Made by a program: the position numbers and the translations under genes. A stretch of DNA of 26,426 bases from a virus (taxonomy: Duplodnaviria; Heunggongvirae; Uroviricota; Caudoviricetes): the IMG/VR virus record IMGVR_UViG_2540341016_000013; one strand, given 5' to 3'. The notes below the pieces were generated by a model. It was not told the DNA's origin, ran no database searches, and worked only from the letters and a program-made list of their open reading frames with translations. Shown in pieces: positions 7,123-16,283 of the stretch (the first letter of the stretch is position 1; the number at the start of each line of letters is the position of its first letter).

Positions 7123-8273
7123 TTTTTCTTCTCCTTAATCACCGTCGATGTACTGCCATCCGGGTGATAAACCGTGAGTTTCTGAGTTTTTTGTTTTTTC
7201 CCTCTTGTGACTGGCCCCCGTGCCACTTCCAGCTCTGTGGTGTAGCCGCTGTTACGGTCAAACGCATGGCGGGCAGTGGTTATGAGCCATGGCCCGGATA
7301 ACTGCCCAAAACCCACCAGTTCAATTTTGTTGCCTGCTGTCAGTTGAGGTGTTCCCGTCAGCGTCAGGGAGCCGTTCTGCTGGTATTCGTTATGTCTGGC
7401 CAGTGCTGAATCCGCTTTAATCCGGGCACTGTCCGGGTCGCTGACGCGGCTGTTAACTTTAAGTGAGTCAGCGCTGGTAACCTTACCACCTTTGAGCTTT
7501 TTGTCGCTTTCACGGGTACCACCATCAGCTTCGTAGACGATCAGTTTTTTACTGCTGCTTTTCTGGTGTTTTACCTTTGCAGATTTATAGACCCGGTTGA
7601 TGGTGTCACGCAGGGAAAAGCGGGCCACATCCTGCGGTTTTAACTGCCTGACCGGCTCCTGACTGCGCAGTGTGGCCAGATGAGAAAAAATCAGCTGGTC
7701 ACTGACCACTTTCACTGCATAACCATACTCGCTGGCCAGCCGGCGCAGAAAACCCACGTCGGTTTCAGCATACTGGGTCACCCGGTCGATTCTGATGGAC
7801 TCAATGCTGCCCACCAGTTTCAGTCGGTGCTTTCTGGCAATCCGCCCCGCAACAGCTGCCAGCGTGGTGTTCTCAAAACCACGACTGGTTTTAGTCCGCA
7901 GGGCACTGTTAACCGAGGTGGCCACCCCACGGATAGAAACAACGGAAGCGGGCGAACTCACTTCGATCTCGTCTATAGAGAACGTACCGCAGGACAGCAG
8001 CTTCTCGCCCTGATAGCCCATTTTCAGCGTCAGCGTGTCACCCTTGCCCGGATACCACTTATCCAGCCAGCGGCCATCGGTGTCGTCCAGCTCCACCTCA
8101 ATGGTATCGGACTCATTTTTGATGTTATCGCTCCAGGTCACACGGGTGACATAAGGCGCGATATCAGAGGTGATGTTTTTCTGCAGATACCACAGAGTGA
8201 ACACCGGTGTCAGCACATCGCTGACGCCGGTTAACGCTGATGTGACTTGCGCAGTGCTGTTTATCTCAGCCAT
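7119..8273 (-). CDS. Tail protein D-like (late control D / baseplate hub family)
   Basis: 384 aa, located between the X-like and V-like genes. Confidence 0.7.
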   Translation of the reverse strand: MAEINSTAQVTSALTGVSDVLTPVFTLWYLQKNITSDIAPYVTRVTWSDNIKNESDTIEVELDDTDGRWLDKWYPGKGDTLTLKMGYQGEKLLSCGTFSIDEIEVSSPASVVSIRGVATSVNSALRTKTSRGFENTTLAAVAGRIARKHRLKLVGSIESIRIDRVTQYAETDVGFLRRLASEYGYAVKVVSDQLIFSHLATLRSQEPVRQLKPQDVARFSLRDTINRVYKSAKVKHQKSSSKKLIVYEADGGTRESDKKLKGGKVTSADSLKVNSRVSDPDSARIKADSALARHNEYQQNGSLTLTGTPQLTAGNKIELVGFGQLSGPWLITTARHAFDRNSGYTTELEVARGPVTRGKKQKTQKLTVYHPDGSTSTVIKEKKK

Positions 8274-8476
8274 GGGGCAATATCCTCTTCTGTACGGGCT
8301 TCTTCAGCCTCAATCACCGGGATCAGTAACAACAGCCCGGAGGGCAGCACCGGCGTGATGGCCACGTGCGGATTGGCGGCAATAATCCGGGGATAGCCCA
8401 GCGGGTCACCGTAGTACTGCCATGCCAGCGAATCCCAGCGCTCTCCGTCACGGGTAACATGTTCAAGAAACATCAC
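8261..8476 (-). CDS. Tail protein X-like (small LysM-like tail protein)
   Basis: 71 aa, MMFLEHVTRDGERWDSLAWQYYGDP... resembles the P2 gpX family; placed between the U-like and D-like genes. Confidence 0.6.
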   Translation of the reverse strand: MMFLEHVTRDGERWDSLAWQYYGDPLGYPRIIAANPHVAITPVLPSGLLLLIPVIEAEEARTEEDIAPWLR

Positions 8477-9357
8477 ACACTCCTCGTCAGTATTCTGGCG
8501 GCCATTGCACTTAATCCCGGAGACATGCGGTTGAATGCTGTTCCGACGGCGTTAAGCTGCCCGGAAACGGTATCCAGAGCACCTGCAATATTTCTTTTGT
8601 CCACACCACTCAGCGCAGACTGTGCCTGCTGTACATACGTGGCTGCTTCGCTGGCTGTTCTGGCCAGACTGATGGCATCGGGCATGGATTCAGAGAGTGC
8701 GTTAAACGCCGGAACACTTTTCCCCAGAGCCCCGGAGATATTACCCAGTCCGCTCATCAGCCCCGGCACACGGGTCAGTGCGACAACGGGGTTATCCTTC
8801 ATTTTCTGTGTCACCCGAACGGCGCTGATAGTGGTCTGGAGTACAGACTGCGCCTGTTTCGCATAGTTGACGCCGTTGCGGATGAACTGCGCCACCCCGG
8901 AAGGTGAAGGAATGGCACCGGAGACCGCCCCGACACCCGGGAGCTTCGTGCGTATTGCCGGTGGTTGCAGAGGATTTTTCGGGTCACCGGTGTATTCCCG
9001 GAGAGACACGGTGGCACTGACAGCCAGCACGTTGCCGATACTGTCAGTCTGCTCGCTGGTTGCAGTCACATCGGTAATCACGAACCAGCCGCGATAGTCA
9101 CCGTTGCCGAAGACCAGCGCCAGTGCCTGATGGGCTTTCATGGCTGTTCGCAGTCTCGCCAGCTCCACATCGGGTACACAATAATGCTGATGGAAAACCA
9201 GAGTTATCTGGATTTCGTCCAGCCTGTCGCCGACGAACTGCAGGCCAGGCTTACCCCCGATGCGGGCATGCTCCGCATAATCGACGCCGAACGTGGCCTC
9301 GAAGCCGTCCCAGTAGGTAATCAGCTCAAACTCAATATCACCCAGTACGGCAAACAT
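8473..9357 (-). CDS. Tail protein downstream of tape measure (gpU-like / DNA-circulation N-domain-like)
   Basis: 294 aa; start overlaps the tape measure stop; assignment by position and N-terminal MFAVLGDIEFEL pattern. Confidence 0.6.
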   Translation of the reverse strand: MFAVLGDIEFELITYWDGFEATFGVDYAEHARIGGKPGLQFVGDRLDEIQITLVFHQHYCVPDVELARLRTAMKAHQALALVFGNGDYRGWFVITDVTATSEQTDSIGNVLAVSATVSLREYTGDPKNPLQPPAIRTKLPGVGAVSGAIPSPSGVAQFIRNGVNYAKQAQSVLQTTISAVRVTQKMKDNPVVALTRVPGLMSGLGNISGALGKSVPAFNALSESMPDAISLARTASEAATYVQQAQSALSGVDKRNIAGALDTVSGQLNAVGTAFNRMSPGLSAMAARILTRSV

Positions 9358-12308
9358 CAGCGGTACTCCTTACGTTGTTTCTGAGCAAGCAGACGCTCCA
9401 GCATTTTTTCCAGCTCATGCAGACTCATATTCAGGGCCCCAGTCAGTCCTGCAGGCGCTGTGGTTTCCCTGCCATTGAGGAAAAACTGAGGATTAAAGCT
9501 GACCTGGATACCACCAGACGTTCCACCGCCGGTTGCAGCTGCACCACGGCCTGAATATCCGGCAGCCAGGATTTCAGGCGAGGGGATACGGGGAACATCC
9601 GGTGTCATCTCATTTGCCAGACGTTGCCCTGGTAAAATCGATGCCCGGGTGGAGAGCGGAATAGCGGGCATGGAAGACAAACTATTGATTACGGCTCCGA
9701 TCGCATTTTTAGCAGACGACATAAACCCATTGATATCGGGCAACGGCATACTGAAGCGAACACCTGAAGTGTTATCCCGTATTTCTGGCCCCTGAATGCT
9801 CACGGGCATTTTGGGGAGCAGTTCACTGGCCATTCGCTGCCCGGCCAGAGCTGCAAGCGGAGTGGTCCGCTGCAGGCCAATGGCGGCCCCCTGCGCGATA
9901 TTGTCACCAAAGCCCATAAACACGCGGCTCGGCGAATGAATGCCCAGCTTTTCGCTGAACCAGCCACTGATGCTGTCGCCCATTCCGGTTACACTGGATT
10001 TGAGCGACTCCCATTTGTTTTTGATACCGTTAATCAGACCATCGACAAGATGGCCACCGAAGTCGGTAAACTTTGCCGGCAGATCAACACCAAGATATTT
10101 CAGCGCAGCTGCAAAGGCTTTATAGAGCAGACCTGCCGGCGACCAGTTAATCAGCAGCTTACCAGTTCCCGCGATACCGCCGTTAAAGGCTTCCTGAATG
10201 TCAGCCCAGCACTGTTTAAACCAGCTACTGATGCTGTCACCCATTCCGGTTACACTGGATTTGAGCGACCCCCATTTGTTTTTGATACCGTTAATCAGAC
10301 CGTCGATAAGATGGCCACCGAAGTCGGTGAACTTTGCCGGCAGAGTAACGCCGAAATATTTCAGCGCAGCCGCAAAGGCTTTATAGAGCAGGCCTGCCGG
10401 CGACCAGTTAATCAGCAACTTACCAGTTCCCACAATGCCGCCGTTAAAGGCTTCCTGAATGTCAGCCCAGCGCTGTTTAAACCAACCACTGACAGCCCCC
10501 CAGTTGCGGTAGATAAGGTAAGCTGCTGCCGCGACAGCGGTGATAACGAGACCGATGGGATTCATCATCAGCGCTCGCCCAATCCAGAGAACGGCACGTG
10601 CAGCGCTCATAAAACCGCGAACGAGGCTGCCCGCCAGAACTTTGCTGAGTTTCAGTCCTCCGCTGGTCAGTCGGCTGAATCCAGTGACAAGCCAGCGTAA
10701 TTTGCCACCTTCTCCGAGTGCGGTAGTCAGTCGATGCCAGTTGGTCCGGAGTAAAACAGCATTTTTCCAGACACTTACAAAGGGGGAAATAAGGAGATTC
10801 AGCCCCAGTTTGAGACCAACAGTCGCTATCTTAATCGCAAGGAGCGCACTGATGAGCTTAAAAGCCCCACTGACAAATTGCGGGTGAGTCGCTACCCAGT
10901 GTTTTGCCCCCTGAATGAGTGGAAGCAGTTCCTGAGTCAAAGAAATAAAAGATGGAGCTAATTGATCGCCCAGCGTAATTGCCAGATCGCGACTGCTGAC
11001 CATAAGTGTTTTAGTGGCTTCAAGGGGGGATTTCAGTCGCTGATCGTAAGCACTGGCAAGCAAATCGTTATCCGCAGCCCTGAGAGCACCGGCACGGATC
11101 TCTCGATATCTGTCCATGTTGGCCAGCATCGGGCGGATAAATGCCATGACCTGCATATCCGCGAACATATCACCCAGACCAAAGTTTTTCGCCAGAGCCT
11201 GAAGTGCCTCATCTCTTGCCGTATCATTCTTTATTTTCATGGCGGATTTGAAGCCGGCCAGCGCTTCGGGGCTTTTGGCATTGAGGTAACGTTCTATAAC
11301 ACTCAACATCCCTTCAATCGGAGAGATCCCCGCAGCCTTATAACTCGCAATAGATCCCTGCAAATCAATACCCAGATCAGCAAACTGTTTCTGAGTATCG
11401 CGGGCAAAAATTTTGGTAAGAAAGTTTTTAAAATTATTGGCTGCTTCGTCGGTGGAACCTGCACCGATTTTTGCTATCTGGAGACTGGCCCCGATTTCAG
11501 CAACAGCCTCTTTTCCACTGGCAATACCCGCCATCATTGGGGCCAGGGACTGCATCCACTTGACCTGATCCGGGATTTCAAATGACCCCTGGTCACCGGC
11601 ATAAGCCATAATATTCTGAACGGCACCAAAATCTCTGGCCGCACCTTTCAGGGAGTTTTGCCAGACTGCGGCCACTTTTGCCCAGTCCTGAGCAGACGTG
11701 CGTGTTGCCGTTGCCGCGCGGGCAATATCCGGCATCAGAAAACCGATATCTGACACATTATCAATATTGTCGCTGATGAGTGAACCCACCGCCTCCTGCA
11801 GCTCATCCTGATACTGATTGTATTTAAGCGCCCAGCCTTTTATCTGTCCGGCAAGTGCATCCCGCGTTTTATTGTCATATTTTGCGGTGATCGACATATC
11901 AATCATTTTGTCCTGAAAAGACATGGACTGCTGAACGGCAGGGGAAACCGTATGATAAACAGTCTGTGCCATGCCATACGCTTCAATCCCCTGACCATAC
12001 AGCGCCATGCGGTTAGCTTTCAGCGCATCACTGGTAGCGGATGCCGCTGACAGACGGCGCTGCTGGCGCTCAATTTGCTCCATGGTGCGGCTTACCCGCA
12101 GCAGCTCGCTGTTGAGATGCTGCATCCGGGAAGAACCCAGTTGACCATAACGTTCTGTTGCACGGGTTAAAGCGTTCTGACGTTCCTGCAGGCGGCGTGA
12201 GGTATCGCTCAGGGAATCAAGCGCACGGCGGGTACCGCTCATTGCAGAACGGAATGTGCTGCCAATCATCCCGCCGATAACAACGCCGACTGAAAACTGT
12301 CCCGACAT
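9357..12308 (-). CDS. Tail tape measure protein
   Basis: 983 aa, Ala/Gly-rich with hydrophobic segments and predicted coiled-coil N-terminus; GGAGG SD upstream of the ATG at 12306-12308; follows the chaperone genes. Confidence 0.85.
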   Translation of the reverse strand: MSGQFSVGVVIGGMIGSTFRSAMSGTRRALDSLSDTSRRLQERQNALTRATERYGQLGSSRMQHLNSELLRVSRTMEQIERQQRRLSAASATSDALKANRMALYGQGIEAYGMAQTVYHTVSPAVQQSMSFQDKMIDMSITAKYDNKTRDALAGQIKGWALKYNQYQDELQEAVGSLISDNIDNVSDIGFLMPDIARAATATRTSAQDWAKVAAVWQNSLKGAARDFGAVQNIMAYAGDQGSFEIPDQVKWMQSLAPMMAGIASGKEAVAEIGASLQIAKIGAGSTDEAANNFKNFLTKIFARDTQKQFADLGIDLQGSIASYKAAGISPIEGMLSVIERYLNAKSPEALAGFKSAMKIKNDTARDEALQALAKNFGLGDMFADMQVMAFIRPMLANMDRYREIRAGALRAADNDLLASAYDQRLKSPLEATKTLMVSSRDLAITLGDQLAPSFISLTQELLPLIQGAKHWVATHPQFVSGAFKLISALLAIKIATVGLKLGLNLLISPFVSVWKNAVLLRTNWHRLTTALGEGGKLRWLVTGFSRLTSGGLKLSKVLAGSLVRGFMSAARAVLWIGRALMMNPIGLVITAVAAAAYLIYRNWGAVSGWFKQRWADIQEAFNGGIVGTGKLLINWSPAGLLYKAFAAALKYFGVTLPAKFTDFGGHLIDGLINGIKNKWGSLKSSVTGMGDSISSWFKQCWADIQEAFNGGIAGTGKLLINWSPAGLLYKAFAAALKYLGVDLPAKFTDFGGHLVDGLINGIKNKWESLKSSVTGMGDSISGWFSEKLGIHSPSRVFMGFGDNIAQGAAIGLQRTTPLAALAGQRMASELLPKMPVSIQGPEIRDNTSGVRFSMPLPDINGFMSSAKNAIGAVINSLSSMPAIPLSTRASILPGQRLANEMTPDVPRIPSPEILAAGYSGRGAAATGGGTSGGIQVSFNPQFFLNGRETTAPAGLTGALNMSLHELEKMLERLLAQKQRKEYR
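9958..10497. repeat. In-frame tandem duplication (2 copies of 261 bp plus a partial third) inside the tape measure gene
   Basis: cattccggtt recurs at 9981 and 10242 (offset 261 = 87 codons); protein units WFKQ(R/C)WADIQEAFNGGI(V/A)GTGKLLINWSPAGLLYKAFAAALKY... repeated; 57/60 identity over the one 60-nt stretch I compared. Confidence 0.85.
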
Positions 12309-12383
12309 AGTGGTTAACCTCCGGGGAAGGTGAAAAGACGTGAGGGGATAACGCAGAACAGCCGCTACTGGCGGCTGTCTGTA

Positions 12384-12560
12384 CTATGATTTGTCGCCGT
12401 ACTCGCTTTTGATTTGCTCTTCAGCCTGCTCCAGCCACATCTCCAGATCGTCAGTATCGAGGGCATCAATCTCCCCCGGCTGAAACCGGAACCATCTCGC
12501 CAGCAGCCCCTGCGCCTGCGTCAGCGCCCTGGTTGCTCTCACCCATCCCCGTGATGAGCT
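12384..12560 (-). CDS. Putative frameshift extension of the tail assembly chaperone (GT-like C-terminal part, +1 frame)
   Basis: Overlapping frame is open across the chaperone 3' end and encodes an acidic protein-like tail ...GEIDALDTDDLEMWLEQAEEQIKSEYGDKS ending 76 nt before the tape measure start; no independent ATG/SD. The 5' boundary is arbitrary because the slip site was not identified. Confidence 0.35.
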   Translation of the reverse strand, partial: SSSRGWVRATRALTQAQGLLARWFRFQPGEIDALDTDDLEMWLEQAEEQIKSEYGDKS

Positions 12561-12801
12561 GAAATCGTTTCTGTAACTGCAGGTAATCAGCCAGATCCAT
12601 ATTGTCGAGATCCTCCGGGAGAAGACCAGTACTGCGGGCAATCAGCGGTTCGTCCCAGTCTGCCGGGTTTTTGCTGATTTTGCGCACCTGCTTCAGGTCT
12701 TTTACCGTCAGGCGTTTCAGTTCAACCAGCTCAATTCTGGTGCCTGCAGCAGTGGTGAAGGGATAAGACAATTTAAAAGTATCGGATGGGGTCTGTGACA
12801 T
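12466..12801 (-). CDS. Tail assembly chaperone (G-like) upstream of tape measure
   Basis: 111 aa; AGGAG SD 8 nt upstream of the ATG at 12799-12801; position between tube module and tape measure. Confidence 0.65.
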   Translation of the reverse strand: MSQTPSDTFKLSYPFTTAAGTRIELVELKRLTVKDLKQVRKISKNPADWDEPLIARSTGLLPEDLDNMDLADYLQLQKRFQLITGMGESNQGADAGAGAAGEMVPVSAGGD

Positions 12802-12850
12802 GATTGTGCTCCTGTGTAAGTTCAGGGCAGTATGTCGGGAGAAGCGCGTG

Positions 12851-12891
12851 ACGGATATTAAAGGAGATTAAGAAGAAGGGGCCGGAGCCCC
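12851..12891 (-). terminator. Putative weak intra-operon terminator/attenuator
   Basis: Hairpin GGGGC-CGGA-GCCCC 7 nt after the stop of the 93-aa ORF, followed on the sense strand by UUCUUCUUAAUCUCCUUU. Confidence 0.35.
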
Positions 12892-12898
12892 TGTGATG

Positions 12899-13180
12899 TC
12901 AGCAAGTGCGAAACCCCTTGCAGTTACGCAGGAAAGCGATGAGAAGCGTCTTTCCCTCAGATTTGCCGATGCCGGAGAACCAGTGGTCGGGAGGCTCCCA
13001 TGCTTCAATCAAATCCGCCAGTTTGCGGGCCTTTGAACGTGTGCAGTCAATCGGGTCATTGGTTTTACGGGTATTAAAAAGGGTTTCCACCCCCGGAATA
13101 TCAAGGAGGGTAAACCACGTACCATTTGACATGCCCAGTGCCGCACATCGTCCTCCTTTATCCGTCAGTTCAACACTCAC
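12899..13180 (-). CDS. Hypothetical small protein between tube and chaperone genes
   Basis: 93-aa ORF starting at GTG 2 nt after the tube stop, with a GGGGG run upstream; no recognisable motif. Confidence 0.45.
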   Translation of the reverse strand: MSVELTDKGGRCAALGMSNGTWFTLLDIPGVETLFNTRKTNDPIDCTRSKARKLADLIEAWEPPDHWFSGIGKSEGKTLLIAFLRNCKGFRTC

Positions 13181-13182
13181 CG

Positions 13183-13704
13183 TCAGCCCCCGATATTGAT
13201 ACGGTAGTCAGTCAGTTGATCAACACCGCCGACCCGGAAGATGTTGGCCAGATAGTCCAGTTGCAGCAGCTCTTCACCATCCAGTACCTGTCTGATATAC
13301 GTGCAGGTGAAGCTACTGGAGAACTCGGCGTTCTCGTGCTGTTTGAACGTCCCCAGCGGGTTCTTCTTGAACATAATCGTCAGGAAGGTGACCAGCGGGA
13401 TTTCGTCAATCAGCCCCTGCGAGCTGTAGCGCTGGACGCTGGAACGACACTGCAGTGCCAGCGACCTGTACGGGTTCGCGGCAGACAGCATCGCATCGCG
13501 GTAAAAGCTGTTCCATTTGATTTCGCCTTCCAGTTTGTCAAAACCAGCCGGGAGTTCCACCTTACCCACCATCCCCAGCGCCTTGTGTTCCTGCATAATC
13601 ATGGAGACATCGGGGAGTTTAACTTCCTCAGCCCGTCCCAGCAGGTTAGTACCATCCAGATAGATGTTGGCATTCGTGATGCGGTTTATCTCAATCTTTG
13701 ACAT
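13183..13704 (-). CDS. Tail tube protein
   Basis: 173 aa; ATG overlaps the sheath stop (ATGA); canonical sheath-tube order. Confidence 0.8.
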   Translation of the reverse strand: MSKIEINRITNANIYLDGTNLLGRAEEVKLPDVSMIMQEHKALGMVGKVELPAGFDKLEGEIKWNSFYRDAMLSAANPYRSLALQCRSSVQRYSSQGLIDEIPLVTFLTIMFKKNPLGTFKQHENAEFSSSFTCTYIRQVLDGEELLQLDYLANIFRVGGVDQLTDYRINIGG

Positions 13705-15131
13705 CAGTTGCCCCCTTTCAGGGTTAACAGGTATTCCGAGGTGATCTCAGTCTCAAACGTCAGTCGCTCCAGCGGCGGTGGTGGCGTATATTTGTAGCTC
13801 AGCAACAGGTGCCCGGCGGCCAGCTCCGTCTCCGGATTGCGGGCCGGATCAAACCAGCAACGGAAGCCCAGTACCGCACCATCACCAGTCATTTTGCGAC
13901 CGTAGGCGTTGACCGACTCCGTCAGTGCATCAATCAGCGCCTGAGTAATCGGCATGTCGATGTACTGCTGGCTGAAATAACGAATGGACTCGTTGATCAC
14001 ATCACCGGTGCGGCGAACGTTCTCAAAGTTACGCATATGGGTGACCGTTGGCCATGCTGCCGTCCGGTTACCCCACAGACGAAGGCCGCTGCCGTAACTG
14101 CTGAATACCGTGGTGATCCCCTGTTCGTTAAGCAGGTTCACCTCACTCTGCGGGTCATCAATCATCGCGGACAGCTGGCGCTCCACGCCGGTGATCCCCA
14201 GAATCTCCTGATTGGAGGATGACCACCAGTAGCCCTTGTCCAGATCGACTCTGGCACGCAGACCTGCTGCACGCTGGCTGAGCGGCTCCAGACGCTCTGT
14301 GTTTGTCACCGGGTCATATACCTTCACATGCGGATAGCACAGACGGACGCGGTCGGAGCTGGTATTGAAGTTGATGGTGCCTTCCGGGCCACGACCTGCC
14401 AGAGCCTGTGCAAAGGTGGTACCGACAGGCGCATCAATGTAGGTTACCGCGCCCAGCTTCTCTGCCATGGCGATAAGCTCAACTGCGACACTCTTCTGGG
14501 TGCAGAACACCGGCGCAATCAGAATTTTGGCGAAATAGCCGTACAGGTTGAAGCTGTCGTTAAGCAGCTTCATGCCGGTTCGGTTTCCGGCGCTGTTCAC
14601 CCCGCCGATGATGTCCGCCGCAGTCACCTTCGACGGGTCCGCGTACTCATAGCTCACCTTCACGCTGCCACCGGCCTCAATAGCCTTGCCCAGGTTCGTG
14701 AGCACACCCGCCTGCGCATCAACACGGTAGTCCGTGTTCGCCGTGTGGGTGGTGCTGCCTTCACTGTTTTTCACCACCACATTAGCGACAACCGGATGCG
14801 CCAGTCTGGCCTGCCCTGTCGATTTGTCAAAGGTAACCACCTCATCCTCGATCGCCGTTTTATGTTTCGCCGGGTCGAGGACGTTAATGACCAGAACGGT
14901 GCCTGCACCATGGTCATAAATCGCATCCAGCGCCTGCGGAATGGTAAAGCCGGTGAACTGGCTGCCAAATGCCGCTGCGTCTTTCTCAGACAGGCACTGT
15001 ACCAGCGTATTGACATCCCCCATCGGGGCGGTACCAATCAGGCCAATAACGGCAGATTTCACCGTTTTAACCGGGCGGGCACCGTTTTCCACCTCAATGG
15101 TTTCGGGACCATGCAGATAGTTAGCTGCCAT
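13704..15131 (-). CDS. Contractile tail sheath protein
   Basis: 475 aa; GGAGG SD 8 nt upstream of the ATG at 15129-15131; size and position typical of Mu L / P2 FI-type sheath. Confidence 0.88.
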   Translation of the reverse strand: MAANYLHGPETIEVENGARPVKTVKSAVIGLIGTAPMGDVNTLVQCLSEKDAAAFGSQFTGFTIPQALDAIYDHGAGTVLVINVLDPAKHKTAIEDEVVTFDKSTGQARLAHPVVANVVVKNSEGSTTHTANTDYRVDAQAGVLTNLGKAIEAGGSVKVSYEYADPSKVTAADIIGGVNSAGNRTGMKLLNDSFNLYGYFAKILIAPVFCTQKSVAVELIAMAEKLGAVTYIDAPVGTTFAQALAGRGPEGTINFNTSSDRVRLCYPHVKVYDPVTNTERLEPLSQRAAGLRARVDLDKGYWWSSSNQEILGITGVERQLSAMIDDPQSEVNLLNEQGITTVFSSYGSGLRLWGNRTAAWPTVTHMRNFENVRRTGDVINESIRYFSQQYIDMPITQALIDALTESVNAYGRKMTGDGAVLGFRCWFDPARNPETELAAGHLLLSYKYTPPPPLERLTFETEITSEYLLTLKGGN

Positions 15132-15375
15132 GGGTGTCCTCCGTTTTCACTTCGCTGTCACTGCTGCTTCTGCGCTTTGGTGACTGCACAGCCGGTGTGC
15201 CGGCGGGTTTAGTCTCTTCAGGTACCGGCGTCAGATGTTTCAGCGCCACCAGTACCTTCACGTAGTCATGCTCCTCCGGCAGGGAAACCGTCTTCCCCGG
15301 CCAGAGCAGGATTTCGGTTCCGTCCGACAGCGTGACGCCGCTGGCCGGGCCGGAATAGCGGTATTCTTTCATCAC
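15121..15375 (-). CDS. Small conserved protein preceding sheath (Mu gp38 positional equivalent)
   Basis: 84 aa, translationally coupled to neighbours. Confidence 0.5.
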   Translation of the reverse strand: MMKEYRYSGPASGVTLSDGTEILLWPGKTVSLPEEHDYVKVLVALKHLTPVPEETKPAGTPAVQSPKRRSSSDSEVKTEDTHGS

Positions 15376-15836
15376 TCGCTTTCCTCATAGTTCACTTCGG
15401 TTAACAGCGGGCCGGACGGTAAATCGCTGTCTTCGATAAAGACGCTTTCAGTCGCGAAGTCGAGGGCGTACTGCCACAGCCCCCTGACTTCACCGATAAA
15501 CACCTCGCGGGTCAGCCAGATACGGCGGCGGCAGCCGGGCGGGGTGTGGCCACCGAGAATGCGGCGGACAGCATCCAGGACATTAATCGCCCCTTTTTTA
15601 CCGTTGAGCTGGCGGAAGACCACCGTGACGCAGAGCTGGATAGTCTGAGACTGGATCACCGCACCGGTATCATCCGGCCTGTCAAAGCGCGAACCGGCAT
15701 AGCTCAACAGCAACGCGCCAACCGGATGGTTCAGGCGATATTCAGCCGGTTTCTCCGGGAAGTACTCCACCTGCAGTTGCGGCAGCTTCTCGCGTAACCG
15801 GGCCAGTACCGCATCAAGGACGGGCAGAACGTTCAT
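15372..15836 (-). CDS. Head-tail connector/tail completion protein (Mu gp37 positional equivalent)
   Basis: 154 aa, overlapping starts and stops with neighbours. Confidence 0.55.
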   Translation of the reverse strand: MNVLPVLDAVLARLREKLPQLQVEYFPEKPAEYRLNHPVGALLLSYAGSRFDRPDDTGAVIQSQTIQLCVTVVFRQLNGKKGAINVLDAVRRILGGHTPPGCRRRIWLTREVFIGEVRGLWQYALDFATESVFIEDSDLPSGPLLTEVNYEESE

Positions 15837-16282
15837 CAGTATTTCTCCAGTAAACCGTCACGACCGCCGAAAGTAGCCGGGCGACTGCGTACACGAAACT
15901 CGCCAGGCTCAGGCACATCTTTCTGAGTGGACGGCAGCCCCAGCGTGAGCCTGTTATCACGTAACTCCCTGAGTTGCCGCAGCGCTTCTTTGTGGTCATC
16001 CTTCACCGTATCCGGGAGGTCACCTTCCGGGCGGCGGGCGTAGAGCCGGTAACGGACCAGCGTGATGGCAATGTCCCGCAGAACAGTCGGTATCTCTGCC
16101 AGTGGCAGGATATAGCGTCCGCGCAGATGGGCATCAATCAGCTCGTCGGCATAGCGGATACAGCTGTCCACCACACGGGTATTCACTGTTGCAGGTGAGT
16201 CGAAGTCCATCTCTTCACTGGTGAGCTCGATAAGCGTCCGCTCCGGCACCTGCGCAAGCAAATCCTCCAGGGTGCAGTACAT
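15836..16282 (-). CDS. Head-tail connector protein (Mu gp36 positional equivalent)
   Basis: Start placed at the ATG at 16280-16282 (MYCTLEDLLAQ...), 1 nt after the upstream stop; the longer ORF N-terminus overlaps the previous gene in another frame. Confidence 0.55.
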   Translation of the reverse strand: MYCTLEDLLAQVPERTLIELTSEEMDFDSPATVNTRVVDSCIRYADELIDAHLRGRYILPLAEIPTVLRDIAITLVRYRLYARRPEGDLPDTVKDDHKEALRQLRELRDNRLTLGLPSTQKDVPEPGEFRVRSRPATFGGRDGLLEKY

Positions 16283-16283
16283 G

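Noticed and set aside
9958-10497. Possible CRISPR-like or intergenic repeat array
   Set aside because: The repeat unit is 261 bp, in frame and entirely within a coding sequence; no short repeat-spacer periodicity anywhere in the window.
9936-10700. Plus-strand ORFs (254 aa, plus 9940-10125 and 10198-10386) containing repeated peptides
   Set aside because: They are antisense shadows of the tape measure gene; the repeat reflects the 261-bp duplication on the coding (minus) strand, and they have no start or SD context.
14328-15212. 294-aa plus-strand ORF (and the similar ORFs 16839-17573 and 19724-20329)
   Set aside because: Antisense to the sheath, capsid and F/portal genes respectively; composition typical of GC-rich antisense frames; no ribosome-binding sites.
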